The notes: generated from the sequence alone by a model not told the origin. DNA of 64,000 nt from TPA_inf: Saccharomyces (GCA_000146045.2 BK006941.2:672001-736000); one strand, 5' to 3'; positions 23,136-34,861 are shown, counted from the stretch's first letter. Numbers and translations: made by a program.

Positions 23136-23269
23136 CGTTCTAGCACTATGGGTAAGTGCAAATAGTTCGATCTAAAAGCCTAAATGCTAGTCACTATTAC
23201 CTCCTTGATGTTATATTTACAGAATAATGTCATGTCGTCTGTGGTGACTATTATTATTGCCTGAAAAAA

Positions 23270-23320
23270 TTAAAGAAAATTTTTTGCGATGAGATGAGAT
23301 GAGAAAAAATGAAAAATTTT
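23270..23320 (+). promoter_or_regulatory. Ribosome-biogenesis promoter motifs upstream of NOP7
   Basis: A GCGATGAG (PAC) motif lies at 23286-23293 and an AAAAATTTT (RRPE) motif at 23312-23320. A second RRPE-like GAAAATTTTTT lies at about 23272-23284. All are 100-150 bp upstream of the NOP7 ATG. Confidence 0.7.
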
Positions 23321-23416
23321 GGAAGGTTAATTAGAGATGTGTAGTAAATCCTGCTGGTGGAATACATTTTATTCCTGTAGAAAATAGTATAGTAACAGCG
23401 GTATCCTACTTATACA

Positions 23417-25234
23417 ATGAGAATCAAGAAGAAAAACACCAGAGGTAACGCAAGAAACTTTATTACCAGATCTCAAGCTGTGAGAAAATTACAGGTTTCT
23501 CTTGCTGATTTCAGAAGATTATGTATATTCAAAGGTATCTATCCTAGAGAGCCAAGAAATAAAAAGAAGGCAAACAAGGGCTCTACTGCACCAACTACTT
23601 TTTACTATGCTAAGGATATTCAATATCTAATGCATGAGCCCGTTTTGGCTAAATTTAGAGAACACAAGACTTTTGCTAGGAAACTAACAAGGGCTTTGGG
23701 TAGGGGAGAAGTCTCTTCTGCTAAAAGGTTAGAGGAAAACAGAGATAGTTATACTTTAGACCATATTATCAAGGAGCGTTATCCAAGTTTCCCAGATGCT
23801 ATAAGGGATATTGATGATGCTTTGAATATGTTATTTCTTTTCTCTAATTTGCCCTCTACCAACCAGGTTTCCTCGAAAATTATCAATGATGCTCAGAAAA
23901 TCTGTAATCAATGGTTAGCCTATGTTGCCAAGGAACGCTTGGTTCGTAAAGTGTTTGTATCCATTAAAGGTGTTTATTATCAAGCCAATATTAAGGGTGA
24001 AGAAGTTAGATGGTTAGTTCCATTCAAGTTTCCAGAAAACATCCCCAGTGACGTTGATTTCAGAATTATGTTGACCTTCTTAGAATTCTACTCGACTCTA
24101 TTGCATTTCGTCCTATATAAGTTATACACCGATAGTGGGTTGATTTATCCGCCAAAATTGGATCTTAAAAAGGATAAAATCATAAGTGGTTTGTCATCAT
24201 ATATTCTAGAATCCAGACAAGAAGACAGCCTACTAAAACTTGACCCAACTGAGATTGAGGAAGACGTAAAAGTTGAAAGTTTGGACGCATCGACATTAAA
24301 GTCTGCCTTGAATGCCGATGAGGCAAATACTGATGAAACAGAAAAGGAGGAAGAACAAGAAAAGAAACAAGAAAAGGAACAAGAAAAGGAACAAAATGAG
24401 GAAACGGAACTAGATACTTTCGAGGATAACAATAAGAACAAGGGTGACATCTTAATACAGCCAAGTAAGTACGATTCTCCTGTTGCTTCTTTGTTTTCTG
24501 CATTTGTTTTTTACGTTAGCAGAGAAGTTCCGATCGATATTCTTGAGTTCTTGATCTTATCTTGTGGTGGTAATGTCATCAGTGAAGCTGCTATGGACCA
24601 AATTGAAAATAAGAAGGATATTGACATGTCCAAGGTCACTCATCAAATTGTTGACAGGCCAGTTTTGAAAAACAAGGTAGCTGGCAGAACGTATATTCAG
24701 CCACAGTGGATATTTGATTGTATCAATAAAGGCGAATTGGTACCTGCCAACAAATATCTTCCAGGGGAGGCTCTTCCACCTCACTTAAGCCCATGGGGTG
24801 ATGCTATTGGTTACGATCCAACTGCTCCTGTCGAAGAAGGCGAAGAAGAAGAAAGTGAAAGTGAAAGTGAAAGTGAAGATCAAGTTGAGGAGGAAGATCA
24901 AGAAGTTGTTGCTGGAGAAGAAGATGATGACGATGACGAAGAGCTACAAGCTCAAAAAGAGCTTGAATTGGAAGCACAAGGTATCAAATATTCTGAAACT
25001 TCAGAAGCTGATAAGGATGTCAATAAGTCAAAGAACAAAAAGAGAAAGGTGGATGAAGAAGAAGAAGAAAAGAAATTGAAAATGATAATGATGAGTAACA
25101 AACAAAAGAAACTTTACAAAAAAATGAAGTATTCTAATGCTAAAAAGGAGGAACAAGCTGAGAACTTAAAAAAGAAAAAGAAGCAAATTGCCAAACAAAA
25201 AGCTAAACTGAATAAACTAGATTCCAAGAAATAG
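23417..25234 (+). CDS. NOP7: Pescadillo homologue, 60S ribosome biogenesis (BRCT domain)
   Basis: The ORF is 605 aa with a pescadillo N-domain, a BRCT region and an acidic/Lys-rich tail ([15 protein letters not shown]… [12 protein letters not shown]). Confidence 0.9.
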
Positions 25235-25444
25235 TTTTCTCTTCTTTTCCAATAGCCTCTCAAAAATTTTGTCTTTTAATTTAACATCTTTATTACTTTA
25301 TAATTCCTCGGTATAGCAACATTAGATATATAACTACACATTTTTGTTTGTAGATATAGAAATACCTGTACATTAAAAGTGGTTACTGTTGTTCTGTATA
25401 ACTATATGAGTGAATTTTGTAAAAATATGCCCAGGTGCCAATGA

Positions 25445-26368
25445 TTATATTAGAATATTTCCATGTGCTACCCTCGAGTCCATTGACTGTCTATCGGGTA
25501 CACTTAACTCTATATAGCCTTGTAGTTCCTTTTTTAAGTTCATCAAGGCAGTCTCTGTATAGTTTATACGATCGATATCGGTCCCCCTACTAACATTGAT
25601 GTATGCTTTTAAAAGGAACCCTCCGCTTGTTATTTGTGAATTGCCTGCTTCTTCTATTTGCCAAATTTTTTGTAACTCAAGTATTAAACCATGCTTCATA
25701 AAAAATTTCACACCAATTGTAAGATACTGAAATTCGAATACATAACCCAATCCGTTCATGAGCGAGGATACTGAAGAGTTTTTGCCAGCTGAAGATAATA
25801 TGATAGTCTCAGCTATCGTTTGCATTGAAACACTTCTATTGTTTCCTGCAGCAGGAATATCTGAAATTTGCAATGACCAAGGGGAACATGACTCGTTTGA
25901 AGGGGCGGGACTTGCATCCATGTCGACATCTATGATGTCATCGCTGTTTCGACTTTCATTTACAGTATCTTCTGTATGCTTACTGTTGTTTTGATCTTCG
26001 TTTGTGCTGTTGAAGTTGGTGACTTGCGGAACTGTGTTGTGCAAGATATTCCGTGTCATAGCATAGTTAAGCGGGATTTTATCGTTTGTAAAAGATTTCA
26101 AGATTCTAAAGTTTAATGGCTTATCCATCATTGTTTCATCGATCAGGTAAGAAAATGGCACCTCTTTGGAAAGTTTTATTCTATTTGGTTCAACCAATTG
26201 GTTTCTAGAGTTCACGTTCTCGACGTCGTAAGATGGATTTGGTTTCCAGACAGTGCATAAACTGTTATACAGTAGCGGAGGATTACCTGATATTGTGGTC
26301 AAAGTTGAAATTAGTAAATCGTAGCCGTCATCACCAATAGATCCAAAAAGGCTTAGTTGCTGAACCAT
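25445..26368 (-). CDS. SRB5: Mediator head subunit Med18
   Basis: The minus-strand ORF is 307 aa, the SRB5 length. The locus order fits. Confidence 0.8.
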   Translation of the reverse strand: MVQQLSLFGSIGDDGYDLLISTLTTISGNPPLLYNSLCTVWKPNPSYDVENVNSRNQLVEPNRIKLSKEVPFSYLIDETMMDKPLNFRILKSFTNDKIPLNYAMTRNILHNTVPQVTNFNSTNEDQNNSKHTEDTVNESRNSDDIIDVDMDASPAPSNESCSPWSLQISDIPAAGNNRSVSMQTIAETIILSSAGKNSSVSSLMNGLGYVFEFQYLTIGVKFFMKHGLILELQKIWQIEEAGNSQITSGGFLLKAYINVSRGTDIDRINYTETALMNLKKELQGYIELSVPDRQSMDSRVAHGNILI

Positions 26369-26598
26369 CTTTTCTTCTTAATATGGAATACCTTGGCTGG
26401 AAAATTCAATTTTCTACCTTTTTTTTTATTTTGGTTGTTTGTCTTCGATATTTGATAATTTTCTAGGTTATTTTATTTTTTTCAAATAAAAGAAAGGCAA
26501 AAGAGCTCTCACTATATATTACTAACCTGCAAGCTAAAATGAACGCAATACTGGAAAGCAATAGTAGAAACTAACCAAGACTTCAAAAGAATCAAATA

Positions 26599-26832
26599 AT
26601 GGCTGTAGATGTTCCTCGTGCGGTGATTAATAAACTTATGCTGTTTACTGCAGCGATGGTGGTACTGCCCGTACTCACTTTTTTCATTATTCAGCAATTT
26701 ACGCCAAATACCTTAATTAGTGGAGGTTTAGCTGCTGCAATGGCCAATGTTGTTCTAATCGTTTACATTGTTGTAGCGTTCCGCGAGGATACTGAAGATC
26801 ACAAAGTTGATGGTAATAAAAAGGAAGACTGA
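26599..26832 (+). CDS. VMA21: V-ATPase V0 assembly factor, ER membrane
   Basis: The 77-aa ORF has two TM helices and a C-terminal KKED di-lysine ER-retrieval signal. Confidence 0.9.
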   Translation: MAVDVPRAVINKLMLFTAAMVVLPVLTFFIIQQFTPNTLISGGLAAAMANVVLIVYIVVAFREDTEDHKVDGNKKED

Positions 26833-26988
26833 TTGAGTAGTATATGTTGCTAGAAGAGAATATACAAGAAAAATAGTAGAGGCTAAATAAAAAAAAAGTA
26901 GCATTAAATGTTATGGATGATTGGGATATATATGCAAATAACCCAATCTTACATATGTTTCTTTCAAATATATGAGTATATATAACGA

Positions 26989-27786
26989 TTAATTGTTTTT
27001 TTTTATTGGGTTTGTTGATTTTTCCAACGCACCATATGTGATATCCAAATTAGATATCCAAGAAAGTGCAACAATCAAAATGAACAATAGCAACGCAGAA
27101 ACTATTAAACACATTAGTAGTCCTTCAGTCCAGATGGAGCTTAAAATATCATCGTCGCCTTCTTTACCCTTGTTGTTATCATGATGGCTCAAAGTCTCTT
27201 CTGTTGCATATTCATCGTCACCATCTTCATCTTCAAAAGCCCAACCAAGAGAGTTAATAACCACAGTCAAATTGTCGCCAGATTTATCTTCCAAAAACGA
27301 TAAGCAAGAATCAATAAATTCATCTAATTTTTTCAAATCGTAGGCATCCGAGGTAAACTTGAACAAAACGATGCTTTTATCATCTAAGGAGTATTCATAT
27401 AGTAAGTCAGAGGCACTTTCAGGTAATTCATCCACAGTAAATTGTTCCATAATGGGAGATAATGATTGAGAGATGTTCAAAGGCGAATCGTCATGAACAG
27501 TTAAACTGACATCATTGGCAAAGAATCTATTGAAGAATGGGTATTCTTCGTCAATCATCAAGTTGTCCAATAATGAGAAATTGTCAAATTCAAAAACAGC
27601 GATAGCACTGTCAACGGATGATATAACATCTGCCGTTGAAGATATAGTGCTGATGGTATCCCAGTTACTCTCTTTGTCGAACGAAATAAAGGAAGAGCTT
27701 TCCTTGGATGAATCTGCTTGCACAGTTTTGGAAATACAACATGATAACGTGAAGATGAAAAGGGCATACAGCTGACCGAACACCAT
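26989..27786 (-). CDS. VOA1: V0 assembly protein, ER type I membrane protein
   Basis: The ORF is 265 aa with an N-terminal signal peptide, a C-terminal TM segment and a KKNN di-lysine tail. Confidence 0.8.
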   Translation of the reverse strand: MVFGQLYALFIFTLSCCISKTVQADSSKESSSFISFDKESNWDTISTISSTADVISSVDSAIAVFEFDNFSLLDNLMIDEEYPFFNRFFANDVSLTVHDDSPLNISQSLSPIMEQFTVDELPESASDLLYEYSLDDKSIVLFKFTSDAYDLKKLDEFIDSCLSFLEDKSGDNLTVVINSLGWAFEDEDGDDEYATEETLSHHDNNKGKEGDDDILSSIWTEGLLMCLIVSALLLFILIVALSWISNLDITYGALEKSTNPIKKNN

Positions 27787-28674
27787 TGCTTTAACTTTAC
27801 AGTTCGATTCTTATTATATATAGTCACAGCAGTGGTTATTATCAATGACTTTTTACCCTTTTTATTCTTGCTATAAACTTATCAACAGTTTGCTCTTATA
27901 AGAAATAGCGTTCTTTCTTTCTTTCGTGTAATGTGACACAATTTTGCTATTGCGGAAACTGCAGCATAGTCAGTGTAATAATCGTACTGTTGCTTTTTCA
28001 TTTTTTTTTTTTTTTTTTTTTTTCTCATATAGAAAAACTGTTATTGAATGTTTTGACTAGTCTCATGAAATAAACATTAATAGTTACTAAAGGGTTCACA
28101 GCAACTATGAGAGGAACAAAGGTCACACAAATGATATCCCTTGTGTTCAATTGCTGCTAATTATCCGTGGCGGTTTCACTTGTATTATAACAACGAAGCG
28201 TATCTCAGACAGAAGTTATCGTACTGTTCTCATAATAATGATGAGGTGCGTTCTTTCTGACGCTCCGTACAAAGTGGTAATGTTGCACCAATTGTTCAAA
28301 CGTTTCTTTCGTTTATAAAAAGAATTTCTTAACAATTCAGAGATAATTGAAATAGCGACATGAAGTTATGAGCTTCCTTCAATCTCATTTTTCGTGTTTT
28401 ATTCCTTTCAAGAGATGGTTCGGACACACCTCATTTATCAATAGAGATGCCTCAGATATGAAAATACTTGTGGATTTTGTAAAGATTCAACCTGTATGGT
28501 CTGCGTGGATTGCCACTTATAGGGCTTTTCAAATTAGTATTTTAAAGGAGTTAGATCGGTTTCAAAAGGTCATGCTCCGGAGTAATTGACTTGATTTTGC
28601 AAAGCTTCACTTAAATGGCGTATCTTCCTTTTATAAATTGCGTTTGCTTTATTCCCTTACCCAACAGATGAATT

Positions 28675-28756
28675 GGTACTCTGGCCGAGTGGTCTAAGGC
28701 GTCAGGTCGAGGTCCTGATCTCTTCGGAGGCGCGGGTTCAAACCCCGCGGGTATCA
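28675..28756 (+). tRNA. tL(GAG)G: tRNA-Leu (anticodon GAG), type II with long variable arm
   Basis: GGTACTCTGGCCGAGTGGTCTAAGGCG… folds into a cloverleaf. The acceptor stem is GGTACTC/GGGTATC, the T-arm is GCGGG-TTCAAAC-CCCGC, and the variable stem-loop is CTCTTCGGAG. The anticodon loop TCGAGGT gives anticodon GAG. Confidence 0.8.
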
Positions 28757-28952
28757 ATATTTTTTTGAATCTACGCACTTCAATAAGAATTAGGCTGTTA
28801 GGATAGCATTTTTTTTCTATGTACCAAAAGTATTCATACGTGGCTCCTTGTTACCCCACAAAACTTTTTTAGACTTGAGTGAGCTGAAAGACACCTAAAA
28901 GGAAGGACATTCCATTGATGGCTATTGTAGCCAAAAAATTAAAAAAGAAGAA

Positions 28953-29048
28953 CTCCTCATAGGGGGCTCGAACCCCTGACATTTCGGTATCCTTGCTTAA
29001 GCAAATACGCTTAAAAGCCGAACGCTCTACCAACTGAGCTAACAAGGA
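28953..29048 (-). tRNA. tK(UUU): tRNA-Lys (anticodon UUU) with 23-nt intron
   Basis: The reverse complement reads TCCTTGTTAGCTCAGTTGGTAGAGCGTTCGGCTTTTAA, then an intron of about 23 nt, then CCGAAATGTCAGGGGTTCGAGCCCCCTATGAGGAG. The A/B boxes are intact. The T-run on the coding-strand 3' side (AAAAAA at 28935-28950 on the + strand) acts as the terminator. Confidence 0.88.
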
Positions 29049-29136
29049 TGAGTTCTTCATTTTTTCTGTAGTACTCTCTTGTACTTGCTATCTAGTAAAA
29101 GATAAAGATTGAGAAACAGTCACTAAATTTAATAGA

Positions 29137-29345
29137 AGCTAAGATGCAAGGATTGATACTGTATTAGGATAATGTAATATATAAAACGGAAGGAGAAATA
29201 ATCGCAATATTATTATGTAGAAATACTGATTCCATTTTGAGAATTCCTATATCCTGGAGGAGAACTTCTAGTATATTATGTATATACCTAGTATAATAGC
29301 GTTTACCAATACTGGAATCTCAATGATTATCAGATTACTCACGAA
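29137..29345 (+). repeat. 5'-truncated Ty1/Ty2 delta LTR fragment
   Basis: The fragment matches the delta core …GCAAGGATTGATA…TGTAATAGGATAATG…GATTCCATTTTGAGAATTCCTATATCCTGGAGGAGAACTTCTAGTATAT…CTGGAATCTCAATGATTA…. The first roughly 120 bp of a canonical delta are missing. Confidence 0.75.
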
Positions 29346-29419
29346 TTTCTTTAATAGAATAATGAATGATACCATACAAAATGGAAAAATAAAAATTATA
29401 AAATTTTCATGTACAATTA

Positions 29420-29530
29420 CAGATTCCTTTTTGGGGATTTCTATATTCTCGAGGAGGAATTTTAATGCATTCCGTATGCCCATTAATATGGCATTTGATA
29501 ACAATGAATCCCAAAAACTGTTCCAAGATT
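29420..29530 (+). repeat. Second, more degenerate delta-like LTR fragment
   Basis: …CAGATTCCTTTTTGGGGATTTCTATATTCTCGAGGAGGAATTTT…AATGAATCCCAAAAACTG… resembles the same delta segment with many substitutions. Confidence 0.45.
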
Positions 29531-30618
29531 CATATATTTCTCGCACCCGTTCCCCTAAACTTTATCCCATCTTAGCGGGTTGAATCCACGTTAACGTTCC
29601 ACTAGTAGATTTTCCACTTCTGTTACACTTACTGCGCAAGTGGCTCGTTTATCGTTTATTTACTTTGAAACAGTGCGACGGCACTACAAAGGAGCGCGTA
29701 ACAAACGTTACTATCCCGTTTCATTGTTTCAGATTATCACCATAGTTACATATGTAGGGAATGGCAACCAACCTGTTCCAACATTCTATTCAGACCGAGA
29801 AAATCCAGTAGGACTTAACGGTGGTTCCGAAATTCTATTTATATCATTGCTATTAGCTTTATGTATATTGGCAATTGAAGCGGTTCTTCTTCATGACATA
29901 ATAGTCCATCAACTGTTCGTGCAATTGATACAAATTAATTTTGAAGGCAATATTTAAGTTTGGTTTTCTTACGCAGAATACTTTTTAAAGTATCAACTTT
30001 CGTGCATCAGCTTCTGTCAGGTTCAATGATTGTTTAATTCTGGTCTTCAGGTCATATAATTTCACACCATTTTTTATCATCGCTTCTTGAAAATTCGATG
30101 TAAGGTAAATAATAGCTTCAGTTTGTTGCATGAGTAATATGCGGAAGATAACTGATTGTTATTTTAGCAGAAATCAATCAAGATGAAAATATCCACTACT
30201 TCGAAAATACGTAGCAAGCCAAGTTCAATCGGTAATCTATAGGTTCGGCAAGAGACTTTGCAATGCTAATGTTTACATTTCCTTGCCACAGTTCTCGTTG
30301 GAAACAAGCCTAATGTTAACGTATTTTCACCCGCATTAAACTACAATTGTTTTGGACGTAAGAATTTACAGCGCAATTGTTCTTTTCTATTTTATCATTA
30401 CGATTGTTCCAAGAGCTTCTTGCGTTATTTACCATATATTCTTGATCTATGAATGATAATAAACAAGAGTAAATGAATGTTTTATATGTTCATAATGACA
30501 ACAACTGGGGGGGAAATGAAAATATTTATCTTCTATTCATAGTAAAAATAATCTTAAAATTGAAACTAACGCTGAAAACTGCAACAGTTACGGCATTTTT
30601 TATTGATGCGTAAAAGCA

Positions 30619-31116
30619 TTGTCTTTGTCAATTTTTGAACTATCGAATTGCTCCATAATATCATTCATGGTGTTATCCAATTATTTAGTAAGCTTCGCTT
30701 GTACTCAGTCATTTTTTTTTTTTGCATCCAATTTTATTGAAAGTCCGCCCGCTCTGTTAAAAAAGGCGTTTCTTCCAAATTTGAATAGGACACGATCGAG
30801 ATTCCCTCCGATTAATTATGTGCTACTGGCTCCTCTTTCGTCGTATTGCAAGTGGACTTTTCAACGAGGCTATGCATGCCCAGTGTCATTCTTGAAGCAG
30901 GCACACACAGACGCGCTTCAATTAGTTTTCTTTACTAGATGCATCATTTGGGCGGTTTTTCACTACCGTTTTCGAGTAGGGGCTCTCACAAAACGGGCAC
31001 GACCTTTTGTTTACAACCGCCCAAAGAGGAAAAACATCAACAATCAAGAAGCGGACACAAAATATAGAAGCACCATAAAACTCACGTCAACGGTAACTTT
31101 AAATTTGTTGTATTAA
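30619..31116 (+). other. Questionable 165-aa ORF in the CLB1 upstream region (likely dubious YGR107W-type ORF)
   Basis: There is an ORF, but it has low complexity, contains a T13 run and shows no recognisable domain. It lies inside the long promoter region of CLB1. Confidence 0.15.
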
Positions 31117-31635
31117 TTAATCATTTTCAACTTGCATTTTTACAGCATCATTTATGGGTATCCTGCAAGTTAGGTGCGGAACGTACATAACATATTACTT
31201 CAATTTGCGTTCCGCATACGGTCTGCCCAATTTGTTTTGTTTGTGATTTCCTCATTCGTCTTCCTCTGCAGAAACGGGTTTGATCCTTCTTTTATGAATA
31301 CGGCGTGTAGTTATATATATTAAGTAATAGAAGTTATTGCACTTCTGTGTAAGAAGAAGATACTAGGGTGATCTATTCTAGGCAATTTTGGTTGTATTGT
31401 GTTTTTTACATTCGGCCAAACTTGAGCAGGCTGCAATTTTAGTGTCTTCGGTTTTTCCAGCGACAGTTTTACTTGTGGCTCTTGGTATAGTTTCTTAAAA
31501 CTATTAAAGTTGCTAACTGGTGCAGCTGTTTAGATCACAAAAGCGTAATTAAGAATAAGATCTACCAACAAGAACAGAGCCAAAATATTTTCGTCCGTTA
31601 TATCAACCATCAAAGGAAGCTTTAATCTTCTCATA

Positions 31636-33051
31636 ATGTCACGATCCCTTTTGGTAGAGAATAGTAGAACCATTAATAGTAATGAAGAGAAGGGGGTAAA
31701 CGAAAGTCAATATATCTTACAAAAGAGAAACGTCCCAAGGACCATTCTCGGTAATGTCACAAATAATGCAAATATCCTGCAAGAGATTTCTATGAACAGA
31801 AAAATTGGGATGAAGAACTTCTCAAAATTGAACAACTTCTTTCCTTTAAAGGATGATGTTTCGAGAGCCGATGACTTCACCTCCTCTTTTAATGACAGTA
31901 GACAGGGGGTGAAACAAGAAGTACTAAACAATAAGGAAAATATTCCTGAATATGGATATTCCGAGCAAGAAAAGCAGCAGTGCTCAAATGATGACTCTTT
32001 TCATACGAATTCGACTGCCTTGAGCTGTAATCGGTTGATATACTCTGAGAACAAGTCTATTTCCACTCAAATGGAATGGCAGAAAAAAATAATGAGAGAA
32101 GATTCCAAAAAAAAAAGGCCAATATCAACTCTTGTAGAGCAGGATGACCAGAAAAAGTTCAAACTCCATGAATTGACTACAGAAGAAGAGGTTCTGGAGG
32201 AGTACGAATGGGATGACCTAGATGAAGAAGATTGTGATGATCCCTTAATGGTGAGCGAAGAGGTTAATGATATCTTCGATTATTTGCATCACTTGGAAAT
32301 AATCACATTGCCAAATAAGGCGAATCTCTATAAGCATAAAAATATTAAGCAAAACAGAGACATTTTGGTGAACTGGATAATCAAGATTCATAATAAGTTT
32401 GGCCTTCTGCCGGAAACTCTATATTTGGCCATAAACATAATGGATAGATTTCTTTGTGAAGAGGTGGTTCAGTTAAATAGATTGCAACTGGTTGGTACAT
32501 CATGCCTGTTCATCGCATCTAAGTATGAGGAAATATACTCCCCTAGCATAAAACATTTTGCGTACGAGACAGACGGTGCATGCTCTGTGGAAGATATTAA
32601 AGAGGGTGAAAGATTTATATTGGAAAAACTCGATTTTCAAATTAGTTTCGCTAACCCAATGAATTTCTTAAGGAGAATATCAAAAGCGGATGACTATGAT
32701 ATCCAGTCTAGGACGTTAGCGAAGTTCCTAATGGAAATATCTATAGTGGACTTCAAGTTCATCGGGATATTACCGTCATTATGTGCCTCAGCGGCAATGT
32801 TCCTTTCGAGAAAAATGCTGGGCAAGGGCACCTGGGATGGCAACTTAATCCATTATAGTGGTGGTTACACAAAGGCAAAACTATATCCCGTTTGCCAATT
32901 ACTGATGGATTATCTTGTTGGATCTACTATTCACGACGAGTTCTTGAAAAAATATCAATCGAGAAGATTTTTAAAGGCTTCCATAATTTCTATCGAATGG
33001 GCATTGAAGGTAAGGAAAAATGGATATGATATTATGACATTGCATGAGTGA
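31636..33051 (+). CDS. CLB1: B-type mitotic cyclin
   Basis: The ORF is 471 aa. It has a destruction box (RTILGNVTN) and cyclin boxes (…MRxILVDWIIKIH…FLASKYEEIYSP…). Confidence 0.9.
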   Translation: MSRSLLVENSRTINSNEEKGVNESQYILQKRNVPRTILGNVTNNANILQEISMNRKIGMKNFSKLNNFFPLKDDVSRADDFTSSFNDSRQGVKQEVLNNKENIPEYGYSEQEKQQCSNDDSFHTNSTALSCNRLIYSENKSISTQMEWQKKIMREDSKKKRPISTLVEQDDQKKFKLHELTTEEEVLEEYEWDDLDEEDCDDPLMVSEEVNDIFDYLHHLEIITLPNKANLYKHKNIKQNRDILVNWIIKIHNKFGLLPETLYLAINIMDRFLCEEVVQLNRLQLVGTSCLFIASKYEEIYSPSIKHFAYETDGACSVEDIKEGERFILEKLDFQISFANPMNFLRRISKADDYDIQSRTLAKFLMEISIVDFKFIGILPSLCASAAMFLSRKMLGKGTWDGNLIHYSGGYTKAKLYPVCQLLMDYLVGSTIHDEFLKKYQSRRFLKASIISIEWALKVRKNGYDIMTLHE

Positions 33052-33358
33052 AGGTGCTAGCCTACACAGAAAACCAAAATCTCACTTCCTTACTTTATCA
33101 TCTATTTTATAGAAAAATCAGGCATTCATTATTCATATAACGGTTATCTCATATATATTATCACACGGTATCAGTTTTGTAGGCTGTAATAATTAATTCA
33201 TTTATAAATTTTTTCTCCCATAATTGGAAAATTATCTTTAAAGTGAGGAATAATGCATTTTCTTTCTTTTTTTGAATACATAAAAGAAATAAAGAAGTAT
33301 GTCTATCGATGATATTTAAGATGCAGGGGGTTAGCTGGCTATAATTTTGATCTATGTT

Positions 33359-34501
33359 TCAACGTTTTTGTTTACACCAGTCAAAAACCTTGAAATAAAC
33401 CATGCCATGTTTAGGCTTTTTGTATTTAAGTCTCAAGGAATCTAGATTCGTATCAGGTACAGCAATATCTTCAACTAGTTCACTGATAAAATCCTTAAAC
33501 GCTGGATCTGATTCAATATCAATGCCGCCACTATAATGAATAAAAGTTTCATCCCATTTGGAATTTTCATTTTTAATTTTTCTGGCGATATACATGGACA
33601 TTGCAGCTAAATATGATGGCTTCAGGTGGATGAATTTATTACAACAAATCGAATATTCCATGATGAATTTGGCCATGTTCCTTGTTTCAATGCAGTAATT
33701 GTCAGCTTTTGAAATTCTCCTAATGAAATTTAGGGGGTTTGGTAGAGATATGTTATAACCTAAAGAACTTAGAACGAATAGCTCAGCCTTCCTAATTCCT
33801 TCGACAGTGGCAGCACCGTCAGTCACGTACGCAAAATTTGTTATTTTTGGTAATTTAACTTCTTCAAATTTACAGGCAATGAACAGGCAAGTGATGCATA
33901 GTAGTTGTAATTTATTCAATTTAACAACATTTTGTGATAAAAATCGATCTAGCAGGTTGATCGCTAAAAATAATGTTTCAGGTAAGCAGTGAAATTTCTC
34001 ATGAACTTCAACCAACCAGTCAATTAACAGCGCCCTCATGGAGCTTTTCAAATGATAGGGAGATTGCGTGTCCATTAAATAGTTATGTGTCGGTAGCATT
34101 TGGATTTCCTTCTCGTAAAGATGAGAAAATATAGAATCTGTATATTCTGCTACCATGAATGGATCATCCATCTCTATCGAATCCAAATTTTTCCATTGAT
34201 GACATTTTATTTTTTTCACAGTTTTTGGCTCTATAGGATCGGTTGAATCATTTGATAATTGTCTCTTTCTTGTTTTTTCCAAATGGGTGGAATCTCTTTG
34301 CAATTTACCTCGAGGGAGTTGTAAAGAATCGATTTTGTTACTGTTTACCTCGGATAGAACTTTTTTTTCATTCGTAGAGTGAGGTGTCAAGTTAATTGAA
34401 CTTTCTCTTGGAATGGTATGGAAAGCATTTTCCTTGCCTATACAATCTTCATTATTAATTTGGATTTTCCTTTCACTAATTGGACTAGGGATACAATTCA
34501 T
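33359..34501 (-). CDS. CLB6: B-type S-phase cyclin
   Basis: The minus-strand ORF is 380 aa with a cyclin box (MRALLIDWLVEVHEKF… FIACKFEEVKLP). It lies tail-to-tail with CLB1. Confidence 0.88.
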   Translation of the reverse strand: MNCIPSPISERKIQINNEDCIGKENAFHTIPRESSINLTPHSTNEKKVLSEVNSNKIDSLQLPRGKLQRDSTHLEKTRKRQLSNDSTDPIEPKTVKKIKCHQWKNLDSIEMDDPFMVAEYTDSIFSHLYEKEIQMLPTHNYLMDTQSPYHLKSSMRALLIDWLVEVHEKFHCLPETLFLAINLLDRFLSQNVVKLNKLQLLCITCLFIACKFEEVKLPKITNFAYVTDGAATVEGIRKAELFVLSSLGYNISLPNPLNFIRRISKADNYCIETRNMAKFIMEYSICCNKFIHLKPSYLAAMSMYIARKIKNENSKWDETFIHYSGGIDIESDPAFKDFISELVEDIAVPDTNLDSLRLKYKKPKHGMVYFKVFDWCKQKR

Positions 34502-34861
34502 TTTAAAAATTTAAAAGGAGGGAGAGAATATCAGAGAATAATAATTTTCAACACACTGATTTGTATGTTGTATGAACGCTAGATTAGTGAAGCTTGTTAT
34601 TATTTAATAAAAGATAAAAGTCACTTGTATGAAATGAAGCAGTTATATATATGTTAATAAGAAAAAGGCAAAAACTTAACCCTAGCAAAAAAGGTAATCA
34701 ATGTGCTAAAACGGTAAATATTTAAACGCAGGTTGCGAATTGCCAATTGCCAATTGTAGGATACACAGGGAGAGTAGAAACAACCAAGTCCTGTGTCCTG
34801 TGGTAGACCCACTTGTTTTACCGCAGAGGGCCCTTTTTTTGTTTACCGTCGCAAAAAAAAA

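Noticed and set aside
24145-24503. Two overlapping minus-strand ORFs (101 and 107 aa) inside NOP7
   Set aside because: They are antisense to the Glu/Lys-rich GAA/AAG repeats of NOP7. The Ser/Phe-rich translations are a mirror artefact.
29268-29583. Overlapping + and - ORFs of about 95-100 aa
   Set aside because: They lie inside delta LTR fragments. They are spurious frames through AT-rich repeat DNA.
29640-29957. 105-aa + strand ORF in the LTR-debris region
   Set aside because: It has no homology signal I can recognise and is AT-rich. It is probably non-coding remnant sequence.
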